Shown here: one piece after another, positions 17,947 to 27,116 of the stretch
Layout of the letters: each line of letters starts with the position of its first letter
Numbering within the stretch: position 1 is the stretch's first letter
DNA from: Thermoproteota archaeon
GTDB taxonomy: Archaea > Korarchaeota > Korarchaeia > Korarchaeales > Korarchaeaceae
Direction of reading: 5' to 3'
Length of the DNA: 30,326 bases
NCBI GenBank assembly: GCA_027491435.1
Contig: JAOZFG010000031.1
Span: 1-30,326 of the forward strand
Position numbers and translations under genes: made by a program
The notes under the pieces: model-generated
The model's input: only the letters and a program-made list of their open reading frames with translations
Told to the model about the DNA's origin: nothing
Database searches by the model: none

Positions 17947-18870
17947 TTAAAACCCTAGGAGCAGCCTAGCTTCTTCAAGGTCAACTCCCTTGACTAGGGT
18001 CCCCCCTGATTTGTAGCTCACGATCAAGGCCTTGCCCAGCTTATACCTGGTGTAGTATTCAGTCTCCTCCAAGACCTCCGCGTCGGGTTCAGCCTTAACC
18101 CTGAAGAAGTAGTGGGAGCTGCCCTTGCTGAAGACCTCTCCATCCCCCTTGCCCAAGTAGGAGAATTCCCTTTTGGCGCACACCGGGCAGTTGGGATTCC
18201 TAAAGACCTTAACCCTGTCGAAGTTCATCGTCTTAAGGTCTATTATAAGGAGCTCTTTCCTGAGGGTTCCTCCAATCCCTGCAAGGTACTTTATTGCCTC
18301 TATTGCTGAAATTGATGCTATAACTGCTGGAACAGGGCCTATCACATTTGGCGGTCTGTCGTCGCTCTCCCTAAGTATACACCTGAGGCAGGGGTCCTCG
18401 CCCACCTTCTCGAAGAAGGTGTAAGTTGCGAACCAGTCGCCTATCGCCGCATACGTGTGGGGGATCCCTTCCTTCACGCAGGCCTCATTGACCACCATCC
18501 TAGCCTTTATGCTGTCCAAGGCGTCCAGCACCAGGTCAACCCCCTTTACCATGTCTAAGACGTTCCATCCGGTTATGGGTTCGTGTACCGGCTCCACTTC
18601 AATTTCGGGGTTTAGCTCCTTGAGCCTCTCCGCGGCGACGTAGACCTTAGGCTTCCCCAGATCGCCAGTAGTGTAGAGGATCTGTCTGTTCAAGTTGCTA
18701 AGCTCCACCACGTCCCAGTCAACTAACCTAAGGGAGACGCCCGCAGCGGCCAGCTGAAGGGAGAGGAATGAGCCTATCCCCCCAACACCCATTATAGCGA
18801 CCTTTGAGCGGAGGAGCTTCTCCTGACCCTCCTTCCCCAGCAACGGAAGTTGTCTCCTGTACCTCTCCAT
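17947..18870 (-). CDS. ThiF/MoeB/UbaA family E1-like adenylyltransferase
   Basis: RYRRQ, GVGGIG, DWDVVELSNLNRQ, DALDS..AR, Zn-site CLRC and CPVC; extra C-terminal domain. Confidence 0.9.
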   Translation of the reverse strand: MERYRRQLPLLGKEGQEKLLRSKVAIMGVGGIGSFLSLQLAAAGVSLRLVDWDVVELSNLNRQILYTTGDLGKPKVYVAAERLKELNPEIEVEPVHEPITGWNVLDMVKGVDLVLDALDSIKARMVVNEACVKEGIPHTYAAIGDWFATYTFFEKVGEDPCLRCILRESDDRPPNVIGPVPAVIASISAIEAIKYLAGIGGTLRKELLIIDLKTMNFDRVKVFRNPNCPVCAKREFSYLGKGDGEVFSKGSSHYFFRVKAEPDAEVLEETEYYTRYKLGKALIVSYKSGGTLVKGVDLEEARLLLGF

Positions 18871-18924
18871 CGGGCGAGGGCACGGGTGAGTAATTTAAAG
18901 GTGAGCGGTCGTTTACCTGGGACC

Positions 18925-19848
18925 ATGAGGCCGGAAGATACTGAGATGGAGTTCGTGCGCGTAATAAGGAACTCCCACCTTAACTCCTACGGAACCCTTT
19001 ACGGCGGCTGGATGATGAGGTGGATAGTCGACGCCGCATCGGCCGTGGCCGTTAGGTTGGCCAGGGGGCCCGCTGTCTTAGGCTACCTGGATGACCTCCA
19101 CTTTCTGAACCCCGTCTACCCGGGAGAGCTGGCCATTTACAGGGCCAGAGTGGAGTACACGGGCAAAAGCTCAATGGGCATCTCTGTCAAGGTAACCGCC
19201 GAGAACCCAAGGACAGGGGAGGTCAGGCCCTCAACCTTCGCCCTGCTAGCTTACGTGGCAGTAGATGAAAGGGGCAGACCTAGGAGGCTTTCTCGTAGCG
19301 TAGAGCCCAGTGAGCTTGGATCGGAGTTCTACAAGTTAGTTAAGGAGAGGGTGAGGGATAGAAAGGTTCTAGCCAAAGATGTAAACGTGGAGGGATACGA
19401 CAGGATAAGTTCAGTCACGGTGAGGGAGGAGCACCTGGTCTACAGCGATATAATGTATGCGGGGAATTTGCTCTACCTGATGGACGAGGTGGGCTCAGTA
19501 GTTAGCTTAAGGTACGCTAGGAGGCCCACCGTAACTGCCTGCTTGGACAGGATGACCTTCTACACGCCTATAAGGAGGGGGGACATGCTGCACTTCTACG
19601 CTAAGGTGACCAAGGTCTGGAGGTCCTCCATGGAAATTTCGATAAAGACCCTAGTTGAGGGCGTTAGCGGTGATTTAGGTCACGCTACAACCTCTTTCAT
19701 GGTCTTCGTGGCCATGGGTGAGAGGGGGCCTGAAAGGCTGCCTCCAATGGAAGGCGGGGATCCAGAAGCTGACAAGAGGAGGGCCATGAGGAAGGAGGTG
19801 TTGAGGAGGATAAGGAATTTGTTAGGCGACGTTTCGGTTGAGGGATGA
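18925..19848 (+). CDS. Tandem (double) hotdog acyl-CoA thioesterase
   Basis: Two YciA-like halves: NSYGTLYGGWMMRWIVD...TGKSSM and IMYAGNLLYLMDE...VWRSSMEI. Likely start ATG 18925. Confidence 0.88.
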   Translation: MRPEDTEMEFVRVIRNSHLNSYGTLYGGWMMRWIVDAASAVAVRLARGPAVLGYLDDLHFLNPVYPGELAIYRARVEYTGKSSMGISVKVTAENPRTGEVRPSTFALLAYVAVDERGRPRRLSRSVEPSELGSEFYKLVKERVRDRKVLAKDVNVEGYDRISSVTVREEHLVYSDIMYAGNLLYLMDEVGSVVSLRYARRPTVTACLDRMTFYTPIRRGDMLHFYAKVTKVWRSSMEISIKTLVEGVSGDLGHATTSFMVFVAMGERGPERLPPMEGGDPEADKRRAMRKEVLRRIRNLLGDVSVEG

Positions 19849-20300
19849 GGTTTAGTAGTCAACTTATGGCAGCAAAGCTCCTTCGCTACATTTAGCTTCC
19901 AAATTGTCCTACGTAGCTATAGAGCCCCTAGCTTTGCAGGCCTGTCTCTGAAGTTTAAACTCGCAAATGAGCACGAGAGAGCTCATGATATCGCTTAACT
20001 CGACTAAGACCTGTCCTACTAACCCCAAATTAATTTTAAGAATAGTCTGGTTTGAAACAATCTCTGAAAGTGATCCGTTAGAGTATGTTCTCATTCAACT
20101 CGCTGGCATGATAACGGTAACTTGTTAGGCTCTGAGTAAACCTAAATTTTGGGATTTTACGTTAAAATAAAATAATTTAGTAAACTTTTACCTTAATTTT
20201 TTTAGTCATAATAGCCTTATTAATATAAAATTTGACCTATCATCCTGGCTTGGCCTGGAGGCCAATGATAAGTTTTTCAACTAGACGTGTCCTTACACCT

Positions 20301-20501
20301 ATGCCCCGGGCCAAGGTTCTCACCTCCACTAGAAGGGACAAGAGGATGAGGCCTGGAAGGGGCTTCAGTTTGGGAGAGTTGAAGGAGGCAGGGCTCTCCC
20401 TCAGGGATGCAAAGAAGCTAGGGATTTACGTGGACAGGAGAAGGAAGACAGTCCATCCTTGGAACGTAGAAGCCCTCAAAAAAGTCAAAGAGGGTGGTTG
20501 A
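20301..20501 (+). CDS. rpl13e: 50S ribosomal protein L13e
   Basis: [16 protein letters not shown]...[17 protein letters not shown]. Likely start ATG 20301. Confidence 0.93.
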   Translation: MPRAKVLTSTRRDKRMRPGRGFSLGELKEAGLSLRDAKKLGIYVDRRRKTVHPWNVEALKKVKEGG

Positions 20502-21110
20502 ACGAGAAACTCCCTGAAGCTGGCCTTAGAGATCCTCAGGGAAAGGGGGTTTGAGATAGAGGGGGTTAACATCCCCCTCTCAATTTCTGGCTTTCAGGTA
20601 AGCGACGTCGACGTGTTAGCCGTAAAGGGTGGGATCAGGTACGCTGTAGAGGTGAAATCGGGGAGGCTCGACGTGGGCGGGGTGAGGCAGGCTTACGTCA
20701 ACGCCTTGCTAATGGAGGCCAAGCCCATGGTAATTTGTAGGGGCTTCTCGGACGAAGGAGCTGAAGCCTTGGCCAAAGAGCTGGGGGTTGAGGTTATAGA
20801 GCTGGAGGACCTCCTAATCTCAGATCCAGAGGAGCTCAGGGCCTTGATTAGGGAGGAGGTTAGAAGAGCTATTTTGGAGGTTGTTCCGTCCGTACTGGGA
20901 ATCAGGTCCTTAAATCTGACCGACGAGGAGGTTAGGATTCTAGAAGCCATCAAGACGTCAAATAGTTTCCTTGAGGCCGCCTCCAAGCTGGGAGTAACTC
21001 CAGAGGAACTTGGGAATCGGTTGGGCGAGTTGAAGTCTGCAGGGAAGGTGCCTAAGTGGGTCAGGGGGTTCGACCTGCTTAAGGAGTGGGCCTCACTGAT
21101 AGCTCCCTGA
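20502..21110 (+). CDS. PD-(D/E)XK (restriction endonuclease-like) protein with C-terminal HTH; start uncertain
   Basis: The frame is open from 20502: LALEILRERGFEI...VSDVDVLAVKGGIRYAVEVKSG...QAY.NA. C-terminal EAASKLGVTPEEL. No in-frame ATG/GTG/TTG before 20613. Confidence 0.7.
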   Translation, partial: TRNSLKLALEILRERGFEIEGVNIPLSISGFQVSDVDVLAVKGGIRYAVEVKSGRLDVGGVRQAYVNALLMEAKPMVICRGFSDEGAEALAKELGVEVIELEDLLISDPEELRALIREEVRRAILEVVPSVLGIRSLNLTDEEVRILEAIKTSNSFLEAASKLGVTPEELGNRLGELKSAGKVPKWVRGFDLLKEWASLIAP

Positions 21111-22113
21111 CTGCCTCCCTGTAAACTACCACTGCCTTCCTAAGGTCTTCAACGCTGACCCTCTCCTCATCTGTGTGGGCCAGCCTGCCGTCTCCCGGGC
21201 CGTAGGCAGCTATGCTCTTCACCTTTTCACGTAGTATGTTCATGTCGCTCCCACCGTACTTCTTCAGAAGCTTTGGTTTCATGCCCGCCTTCAGGATCGA
21301 CCTGATTAAGGCCCTGGGGACGGGGTCACTAGGGCTCACCTTAACTGGAGGGACAGACCACCTCACCTCTAAAGAGCACCCCTCCCTCAGAGAACCCCTT
21401 AGCTTGGAGATAACCTCATCCACCTCAAAGCCGGGGGGCACCCTGAGGTCCACTTCGGCCTCGGCCAGGGTTGGGAGGACGTTAAAGCTGTGGCCGGCCC
21501 TTATCACCGTTACCGCAGCGCTTGGCTCCTCATACCTTTTGCCGGGGGCCAGGAGCTTGAAGGCTGCTATTACCTCAAGTAGCTTATCCAGGGCCGAATC
21601 GCCTGGAGAGGAGGAGTGTCCTCCTCTTCCCTTACAGGTTAACCTGAGGTGGGCCCCTCCCCTATAGGCTATTATGACCCCGTTCACGTTAGATGGTTCG
21701 CCTATTATCACGTAATCGGCTGAAATTTCCAGATTTCTGGCCCCTCTACTATCCCCCTCCTCTCCCACCAGAGCTGCTACGGTGACGGGAAATTCCAAGG
21801 TTGAGGCGGCCACTAGCATGGCGGCCAGGGGGCCTTTAGCGTCCACAGCCCCCCTCCCGGTCACGTGATCGTTCACGTATATTGGGAGCTCTCCCGGAAC
21901 TGTGTCGTAGTGGCCTACGAGCCAGACCTTTCCGCCTTCTCCCTTCCTAGCTATCACGTTCCCCACACCGTCTACCTCCACGTCCAGGCCCAGCTCCTTA
22001 CAAAGCTCGACCAGAACCTTCTGACCCCTTTCCTCCTCCCCAGTGGGAGTGTAAGCTTTAATCAGTTCAACTAAGACCTCTTCTACTCTCCTCAGCTTTA
22101 AGCACCCCCTCAA
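21079..22113 (-). CDS. lysK: [LysW]-lysine/[LysW]-ornithine hydrolase (M20 family)
   Basis: GHYDTVPG, GRGAVDAKGPL, VGEE, IIGEP, YGPGD..LAHT; operon context. Confidence 0.9.
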   Translation of the reverse strand: MRGCLKLRRVEEVLVELIKAYTPTGEEERGQKVLVELCKELGLDVEVDGVGNVIARKGEGGKVWLVGHYDTVPGELPIYVNDHVTGRGAVDAKGPLAAMLVAASTLEFPVTVAALVGEEGDSRGARNLEISADYVIIGEPSNVNGVIIAYRGGAHLRLTCKGRGGHSSSPGDSALDKLLEVIAAFKLLAPGKRYEEPSAAVTVIRAGHSFNVLPTLAEAEVDLRVPPGFEVDEVISKLRGSLREGCSLEVRWSVPPVKVSPSDPVPRALIRSILKAGMKPKLLKKYGGSDMNILREKVKSIAAYGPGDGRLAHTDEERVSVEDLRKAVVVYREAVRELSVRPTP

Positions 22114-23209
22114 TCAGGGAAAGGGCGTCCTGAACGTCTTTTTCGTTTATCAGGTAGGGCGGGAGGAACCTCAAGGTGGTGGACCCAGCCTTCAACGAGA
22201 GAAGGCCTCCCTGCTGCAGGGCCTTTATCACAGGTGTGGGGTTAACTCTGAGCTTGACCCCTATCATCAACCCCTCCCCCCTTACCTCCCTGACCAGCTT
22301 TGACTCCAGAGAGCTGAGCCCCCTCATCAGGAGGGCTCCCATCTCACGGGCCCTCTCCACAACCCCATCGTGTAGAAGGGTTTCTAGACCACCGGCAACT
22401 GCCGCTAAGGCTAAGGGATTACCGCCGTGGGTGGAACCGTGCTCGTAAGGCTTTATCATAGAGGCCACCTCGTCGGTGAAGGCCACCAAGCTTACGGGGA
22501 ATCCGCCCCCTATGCTCTTCCCAGCCAGCAGGATGTCCGGTTTAACGCCCCTGGCCTGGTGGGCCCACACCTCGCCTGTCCTCCCGAACCCGGATTGAAC
22601 CTCGTCAACTATCAGGAGAGCACCTACCTCGTCGCAGGCCTCCCTCAACGATTTCATGAAATCAGGCCTTGAGGGGATGACCCCTCCCTCCCCTTGAACC
22701 GGTTCCACTATCACGGCGGCTACCGATTCATCAAGCTCCAGGGGCTCGTTGAAGTTAGCGAACTCCACGTCCAGAGAGGGGAAGCCCTCCTTGTATTTGG
22801 GGTTCCAGGTGACCGAGAGAGCTCCTAAGGTCCTGCCGTGGAAGCTACCCTTAAAGGCCACGAACTTCCTCCTCTTGGTCGCTTTTATGGCGAGCTTTAA
22901 GGAGAGTTCAACGGCCTCAGTTCCACTGTTCTGAAAGAAAACGTTGTTTAAATCGTTGGGTAGAACCTTTCTAAGCATGGACAGGACCTCGTGGAGCACA
23001 GGAGTATCGAAGGAGGGGGTGGTCACCATGACCCTGTCCATCTGCTCCTTAAGCCTCTTCACAACTCTAGGAGGCCTGTGTCCCAGGAAAGCAGCCCCAT
23101 GTCCTGTGTGAAAGTCCAGATACCTCCTTCCCTGGGAATCCCAGACGTACTGGCCCTCTCCCCTCTCTAGCGTTACCCCTCTGTATCCGAAGAACCTGAA
23201 CAGCCTCAT
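22067..23209 (-). CDS. lysJ: [LysW]-aminoadipate semialdehyde transaminase (class III PLP)
   Basis: NSGTEAVE, SFHGRTLGALS, EPVQGEGG, DEVQSGFGRTG, GKS, HGST.GGNP. Confidence 0.92.
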   Translation of the reverse strand: MRLFRFFGYRGVTLERGEGQYVWDSQGRRYLDFHTGHGAAFLGHRPPRVVKRLKEQMDRVMVTTPSFDTPVLHEVLSMLRKVLPNDLNNVFFQNSGTEAVELSLKLAIKATKRRKFVAFKGSFHGRTLGALSVTWNPKYKEGFPSLDVEFANFNEPLELDESVAAVIVEPVQGEGGVIPSRPDFMKSLREACDEVGALLIVDEVQSGFGRTGEVWAHQARGVKPDILLAGKSIGGGFPVSLVAFTDEVASMIKPYEHGSTHGGNPLALAAVAGGLETLLHDGVVERAREMGALLMRGLSSLESKLVREVRGEGLMIGVKLRVNPTPVIKALQQGGLLSLKAGSTTLRFLPPYLINEKDVQDALSLIEGVLKAEESRRGLS

Positions 23210-24039
23210 TAAAACCCACCTAGGGCGTACCTGACCAACTCCCTAGCTATGTCAACCCCTGTTACCCTAGACGCGTTCTTGAACTCGGTCACCCCATTGA
23301 GCTCGAGCACCTTCAGGCCCTCCTCCGACTCAACCAGGTCTATGCCCAGAAAACCTCCGCCGACGGCCCTGACAGCCTTGACCGATATATCCTCGATCTC
23401 CTCCGTTATTTCCGCTGGCTCTGCCCTCCCTCCCCTGGCGGTATTGGTTATCCAGTGGTCAGACACCCTGTATATGGCTGCCACAACCCTTTCTTCGGTG
23501 GCATAAACCCTTAGATCCCTCCCGGGCTTCCTGACGTACTCCTGTATGTAGTGAACCCTGTAGTAAGGTGAGGGTATCGCCTCCCTGTGCTCTATGATTG
23601 TCCTTAACTCCTCCTCGTCCTCGGCCAGGGATACCAGCCTGCCCCAGCTCCCATTAATGGGCTTGACCACCACAGGGTAGCCCAGGGACTCCGCCGCCTT
23701 GAGGGCCCCCTCCAGGTTGAAAGCCAGCTTGGTCCGGGGGGTGGGCACTCCCGCCTTGACCAGGGCTGACGTGGTCATCACCTTGTTGCCACAGGTGCTC
23801 AGCACACGTGAGCTGTTCACCACCCTAACGCCTAGGCCCTCAAAGAGAGATGCGGTAACTTGAGCTCTTGTGGAGCTTATAGCCCTTATAATGACCACGT
23901 CGAGCTCGTACTCACCTTCAAATGAGAGGGGAGAGGAGTTAAGGTGGTAAGGCACGGCCTCGTGCCCCATCTCCCTTATTGCTTCTATTATCTGCCTCTC
24001 CTCCGGCCTCATCCTCTCGTAGACCACCGCTACCCTCAT
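23209..24039 (-). CDS. lysX: LysW-alpha-aminoadipate ligase (RimK/ATP-grasp)
   Basis: KP..GSWGRL, YIQEYV.KPGRD.R, WITNTARGG, EFKNA. Confidence 0.9.
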   Translation of the reverse strand: MRVAVVYERMRPEERQIIEAIREMGHEAVPYHLNSSPLSFEGEYELDVVIIRAISSTRAQVTASLFEGLGVRVVNSSRVLSTCGNKVMTTSALVKAGVPTPRTKLAFNLEGALKAAESLGYPVVVKPINGSWGRLVSLAEDEEELRTIIEHREAIPSPYYRVHYIQEYVRKPGRDLRVYATEERVVAAIYRVSDHWITNTARGGRAEPAEITEEIEDISVKAVRAVGGGFLGIDLVESEEGLKVLELNGVTEFKNASRVTGVDIARELVRYALGGF

Positions 24040-24206
24040 TCTCCCCAGTCCTCTCCTATTTCCTCAGCCTCCTTCAGCAGGAACACCCCATCCTGCTCGT
24101 ATACCTCCAAGGTAGCGCCGCAAGACGGGCACTCCACCAGCTCACCTGGCATGACGTCGTCGGGCAGCTGAACCGGCGACTCACACACGGGACACTTGGC
24201 CTCCAT
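24036..24206 (-). CDS. lysW: Amino-group carrier protein LysW
   Basis: CPVC...CPSC zinc ribbon, acidic composition, C-terminal EDWGE. Likely start ATG 24206. Confidence 0.96.
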   Translation of the reverse strand: MEAKCPVCESPVQLPDDVMPGELVECPSCGATLEVYEQDGVFLLKEAEEIGEDWGE

Positions 24207-24220
24207 AATCGCACCCATAA

Positions 24221-24314
24221 GTTCGATATACTGCAATTAAAAGCTTTACTCTCGTATGAAACGGTACTAATATCGAAAATGCATGCTATAATTATTTAGT
24301 AAAAAGATCGAACC
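24221..24314 (-). promoter_or_regulatory. Internal lysW promoter with Lrp/LysM-like operator boxes
   Basis: Minus-strand AGTAAAGC-TTTTAATT (BRE/TATA, TATA at 24235-24242); 17-bp semi-palindromes at 24263-24279 and 24298-24314. Confidence 0.55.
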
Positions 24315-24317
24315 TCG

Positions 24318-25088
24318 TCAGGGGACGACGTGTGTCCCCCCTCCGGCCAGCGCCTCGGTAACCGGGGCTTTCCGTAGGCCGTTGGCTATCACAACCTCTA
24401 CCCCATTATTAGCCACTTCAGCGGCCATCAGGAGTTTTCTATTCATTCCATATCCTATCTCCTCAGCTAAGGACCTGGCCTCCTCTGGGTTAACTCTCCT
24501 CACCACCTCGCCCTCATGAACTACCCCCTCGACGTCAGAGAGGAGTAACAGGTGAGTGGGCCTCAGGGCGATCGCCAGCTTGGATGCCGCCTGATCCCCA
24601 TCGACGTTGAGCATCTCCCCCTGAGTTCCCCTAGCCAGGGGGGAGATCACTACCGAATAACCCGAGGATAGGAGGAAACTCACCAGGTCTGGCCTAACTT
24701 CCACTATCCTGCCCGTGTAGCCCCCCTCTATTACCCTCCTCCTGTCACCTACCTTGACTACTATCCTTCTCTTCCTCTCAGCTATTAGGGTGGGCCCGTC
24801 CACTCCGGATATTCCCACTGCCTTATGGCCTAAGTCCAGAAATTTAGACACGACCTCCTTGTTTATCTTCCCCATGACCATTACGAAAACCTGCAACTCT
24901 TCCCAGCTAGTGTACCTGCTCCTTATCCCTGAAGGGGAGACCACGAATTTGGGCTCAACGCCCATCTTCTTGGAGTACTCGGTGACCTGATCCCCTCCCC
25001 CGTGGATTAGCACTAAGGGCTTCGGGGAGTCCCTGATGACTTCTTCAACGTTCTTAAGGGCCCTGCCCCCAACTTTAATCACTATCAT
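24318..25088 (-). CDS. lysZ: [LysW]-aminoadipate/[LysW]-glutamate kinase
   Basis: IVIKVGG, HGGG, SPSGIRSRYT, GGYTGRI, LNVDGD, GMNRKL. Likely start ATG 25088. Confidence 0.92.
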   Translation of the reverse strand: MIVIKVGGRALKNVEEVIRDSPKPLVLIHGGGDQVTEYSKKMGVEPKFVVSPSGIRSRYTSWEELQVFVMVMGKINKEVVSKFLDLGHKAVGISGVDGPTLIAERKRRIVVKVGDRRRVIEGGYTGRIVEVRPDLVSFLLSSGYSVVISPLARGTQGEMLNVDGDQAASKLAIALRPTHLLLLSDVEGVVHEGEVVRRVNPEEARSLAEEIGYGMNRKLLMAAEVANNGVEVVIANGLRKAPVTEALAGGGTHVVP

Positions 25089-25098
25089 AGGGAACACC

Positions 25099-26115
25099 TC
25101 ACGGGCTGAGAGGAGGGATCGTTAAGCCCGTCCTCTCGTCAAGGCCGGCCATTAGGTTTAGTGATTGGATGGCCTGTCCGGCGGCCCCCTTTATCAGGTT
25201 ATCTATCGCCGCAAAGCCGGTGACCCTACCACTTTCCTGATCCGAGGCGAACCCTACGTCGGCGAAGTTGCTCCCTATCACGGACTTAACGTTTGGAACC
25301 GTTCCTCTCTGAGCCACCCTCACGAAGGGCTCTCCCGAGTAGAACTTAGCGTAGGCCCTCCAGAGTTCCGCCTCATCCACTTCCAAGAACGAGTGAACGC
25401 TAGCGAAGGCCCCCCTAACTGAGCTGACGGAGTGAGGGACTAAGGAAACCTTAACCTTCCTTCCGGCCAGTTTTGAAAGCTCCTGTTGGGCTTCAGCTTG
25501 GTGCCTATGGCCTGAGGGTGAGTACGGCCTTATGGCCCCCTCCCTGTAAGGGTGATGGGTCCCCTTGGTGGGCTTGGATCCGGCCTCGCTGCTACCCACC
25601 TTGAGATCTGCTATCAGGTGGGAGGCTCCCATCTTAACCAGGGGGGCCGAGGCTAGGATAGTGGCTGTGGCGTTACACCCTGGGGATGCCACCAGCTCTG
25701 CCCCCTTTATCTCCTCCCTGTTAAGCTCGGGAAGCCCGTAAACTGCCCTCTCTAGTAGGTCCGGATAGGGGTGAGTGAACCCGTACCACCTCTCGTAGAG
25801 GGACGGGTCTTTTAGCCTGAAGTCAGCTCCTAGGTCAACCACCTTAACTCCGGACTCCATTAGCTTTGGCACTAGGTCCTTGCTCAGCCCGTGGGGTAGA
25901 GCTATGAAGGCGTAATCGTAATCCCCCTTGAGGGCCTCTTCCAGGGAGGAGAACTTCATGGAGTAGAAGCCCTTGAGGTGTGGGTGAACCAGGTAAATGG
26001 GCTTCCCCACGTATTCCTTGGAGGTAGCCGCCACCACCTCTGCTGGGTGGTTCACCAGAAGCCTTAGAAGCTCGCCTCCCGTGTAGCCGGAGGCTCCAAA
26101 AACGGCAACTTTCAA
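25099..26115 (-). CDS. lysY: [LysW]-aminoadipyl/glutamyl-phosphate reductase (ArgC family)
   Basis: GASGYTGGELLRLL, DLGADFRL, YGLPEL, PGCNATA, HRH..E, IDNLIKGAAGQA. Confidence 0.93.
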   Translation of the reverse strand: MKVAVFGASGYTGGELLRLLVNHPAEVVAATSKEYVGKPIYLVHPHLKGFYSMKFSSLEEALKGDYDYAFIALPHGLSKDLVPKLMESGVKVVDLGADFRLKDPSLYERWYGFTHPYPDLLERAVYGLPELNREEIKGAELVASPGCNATATILASAPLVKMGASHLIADLKVGSSEAGSKPTKGTHHPYREGAIRPYSPSGHRHQAEAQQELSKLAGRKVKVSLVPHSVSSVRGAFASVHSFLEVDEAELWRAYAKFYSGEPFVRVAQRGTVPNVKSVIGSNFADVGFASDQESGRVTGFAAIDNLIKGAAGQAIQSLNLMAGLDERTGLTIPPLSP

Positions 26116-26933
26116 GCCCTCACCACCCCCCTAACGTACTGGGCAAGTAGCTCGTGGACGGGAATGCCGGTGGCTTTCATAAAGCCCTTGAACTCCGGCA
26201 CCCCGTTAACCTCGTTCACGTAGGTTTCGCCGTCGCTTAACAGGTCTATGGCCACGAATTCCCCGCTAACAGCTTCAGAGGCCCTTAACGATAGTTCCTT
26301 CAACTCTTCATCTGGACTTATCTGTTTTGTGAAGGCCCCCAAGGCGACGTTGCTCTTCCAACCGTTGCTAGCGTACCTCTGAACGCACCCTATGAGTTCG
26401 TCGCCCAAGACCAGACACCTTATGTCCCTGCCACCGGTCTCCACATATCTCTGGATCAAGTGTCCCTTGACGTTGCTGGGAAGGGCTTCCCTGACGCTGG
26501 CCAAGGAGGACATGGAGCGCTCGTTCTTGACCAGGGAGATCAGCCTTCCCCAACTTCCTATCGGGGGTTTATCCACGACTTTTCCCCCGATCAGCCTGAA
26601 GGCCTTGATGGCAGCGTCAGCTCCCAGGGCTAGAAGGGTGGGCAGTATTCTAACGCCTGCTGAGGAGAGTGAAGCGTAAGTGAGGGCCTTGTCCCCACAG
26701 ATCTGAAGAGTTAGGCTTGAGTTTATCGCGTGGAACCCGCTCGCTTCCAGGAAGGCCGCGGACCTAACGGCCCTGTACATGCTAACAGTCCTTATCAGGG
26801 CTATCCCCTGACCTTCTTTAAGCGATAAAGGATCTGTTAGCGTATTGACCACTTTTACCGGGACCCCTGACTCCTTTAGGGCTGAAAGAATTAGTTTCTC
26901 CTCGAGCCTCGGGTGGTCGACGAGCAAGCGCAC
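26112..26933 (-). CDS. argX: Glutamate--LysW ligase (RimK/ATP-grasp)
   Basis: DKPPIGSWGRL, WKSNVALG, EVNGVPEFKGF (GF signature of ArgX). Confidence 0.8.
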   Translation of the reverse strand: MRLLVDHPRLEEKLILSALKESGVPVKVVNTLTDPLSLKEGQGIALIRTVSMYRAVRSAAFLEASGFHAINSSLTLQICGDKALTYASLSSAGVRILPTLLALGADAAIKAFRLIGGKVVDKPPIGSWGRLISLVKNERSMSSLASVREALPSNVKGHLIQRYVETGGRDIRCLVLGDELIGCVQRYASNGWKSNVALGAFTKQISPDEELKELSLRASEAVSGEFVAIDLLSDGETYVNEVNGVPEFKGFMKATGIPVHELLAQYVRGVVRA

Positions 26934-27116
26934 TTCCGTTCCAAGCTACCACCTTAGGTGGGGTTCCTGCCAAGTAATATAAAAAGGTATTCTGAGGGTA
27001 AGGCGCTACTTTTTGTTCCCCTTTTGTAGATCTCTCATTTCTAGGGCAGGGTTATGGCCATATAAGGCCCTTAGGATTTAGCTGGGCTTTAATCCCACCT
27101 TATGCTTGAAATCCAG

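Noticed and set aside
19849-20230. IS-end-like GTAGTCAACTTATGG and ORF 19909-20094
   Set aside because: Weak TIR match with no partner end; the ORF has no motif.
20499-20501. Selenocysteine read-through of the L13e TGA
   Set aside because: Not a redox-motif position, no SECIS recognised, and L13e ends at a normal archaeal length.
1699-26679. Numerous 60-180-aa ORFs antisense or frame-shifted within identified genes (e.g. 1979-2452, 7524-7937, 16517-17059, 21212-21667)
   Set aside because: Shadow ORFs overlapping well-supported genes, with no recognisable motifs.
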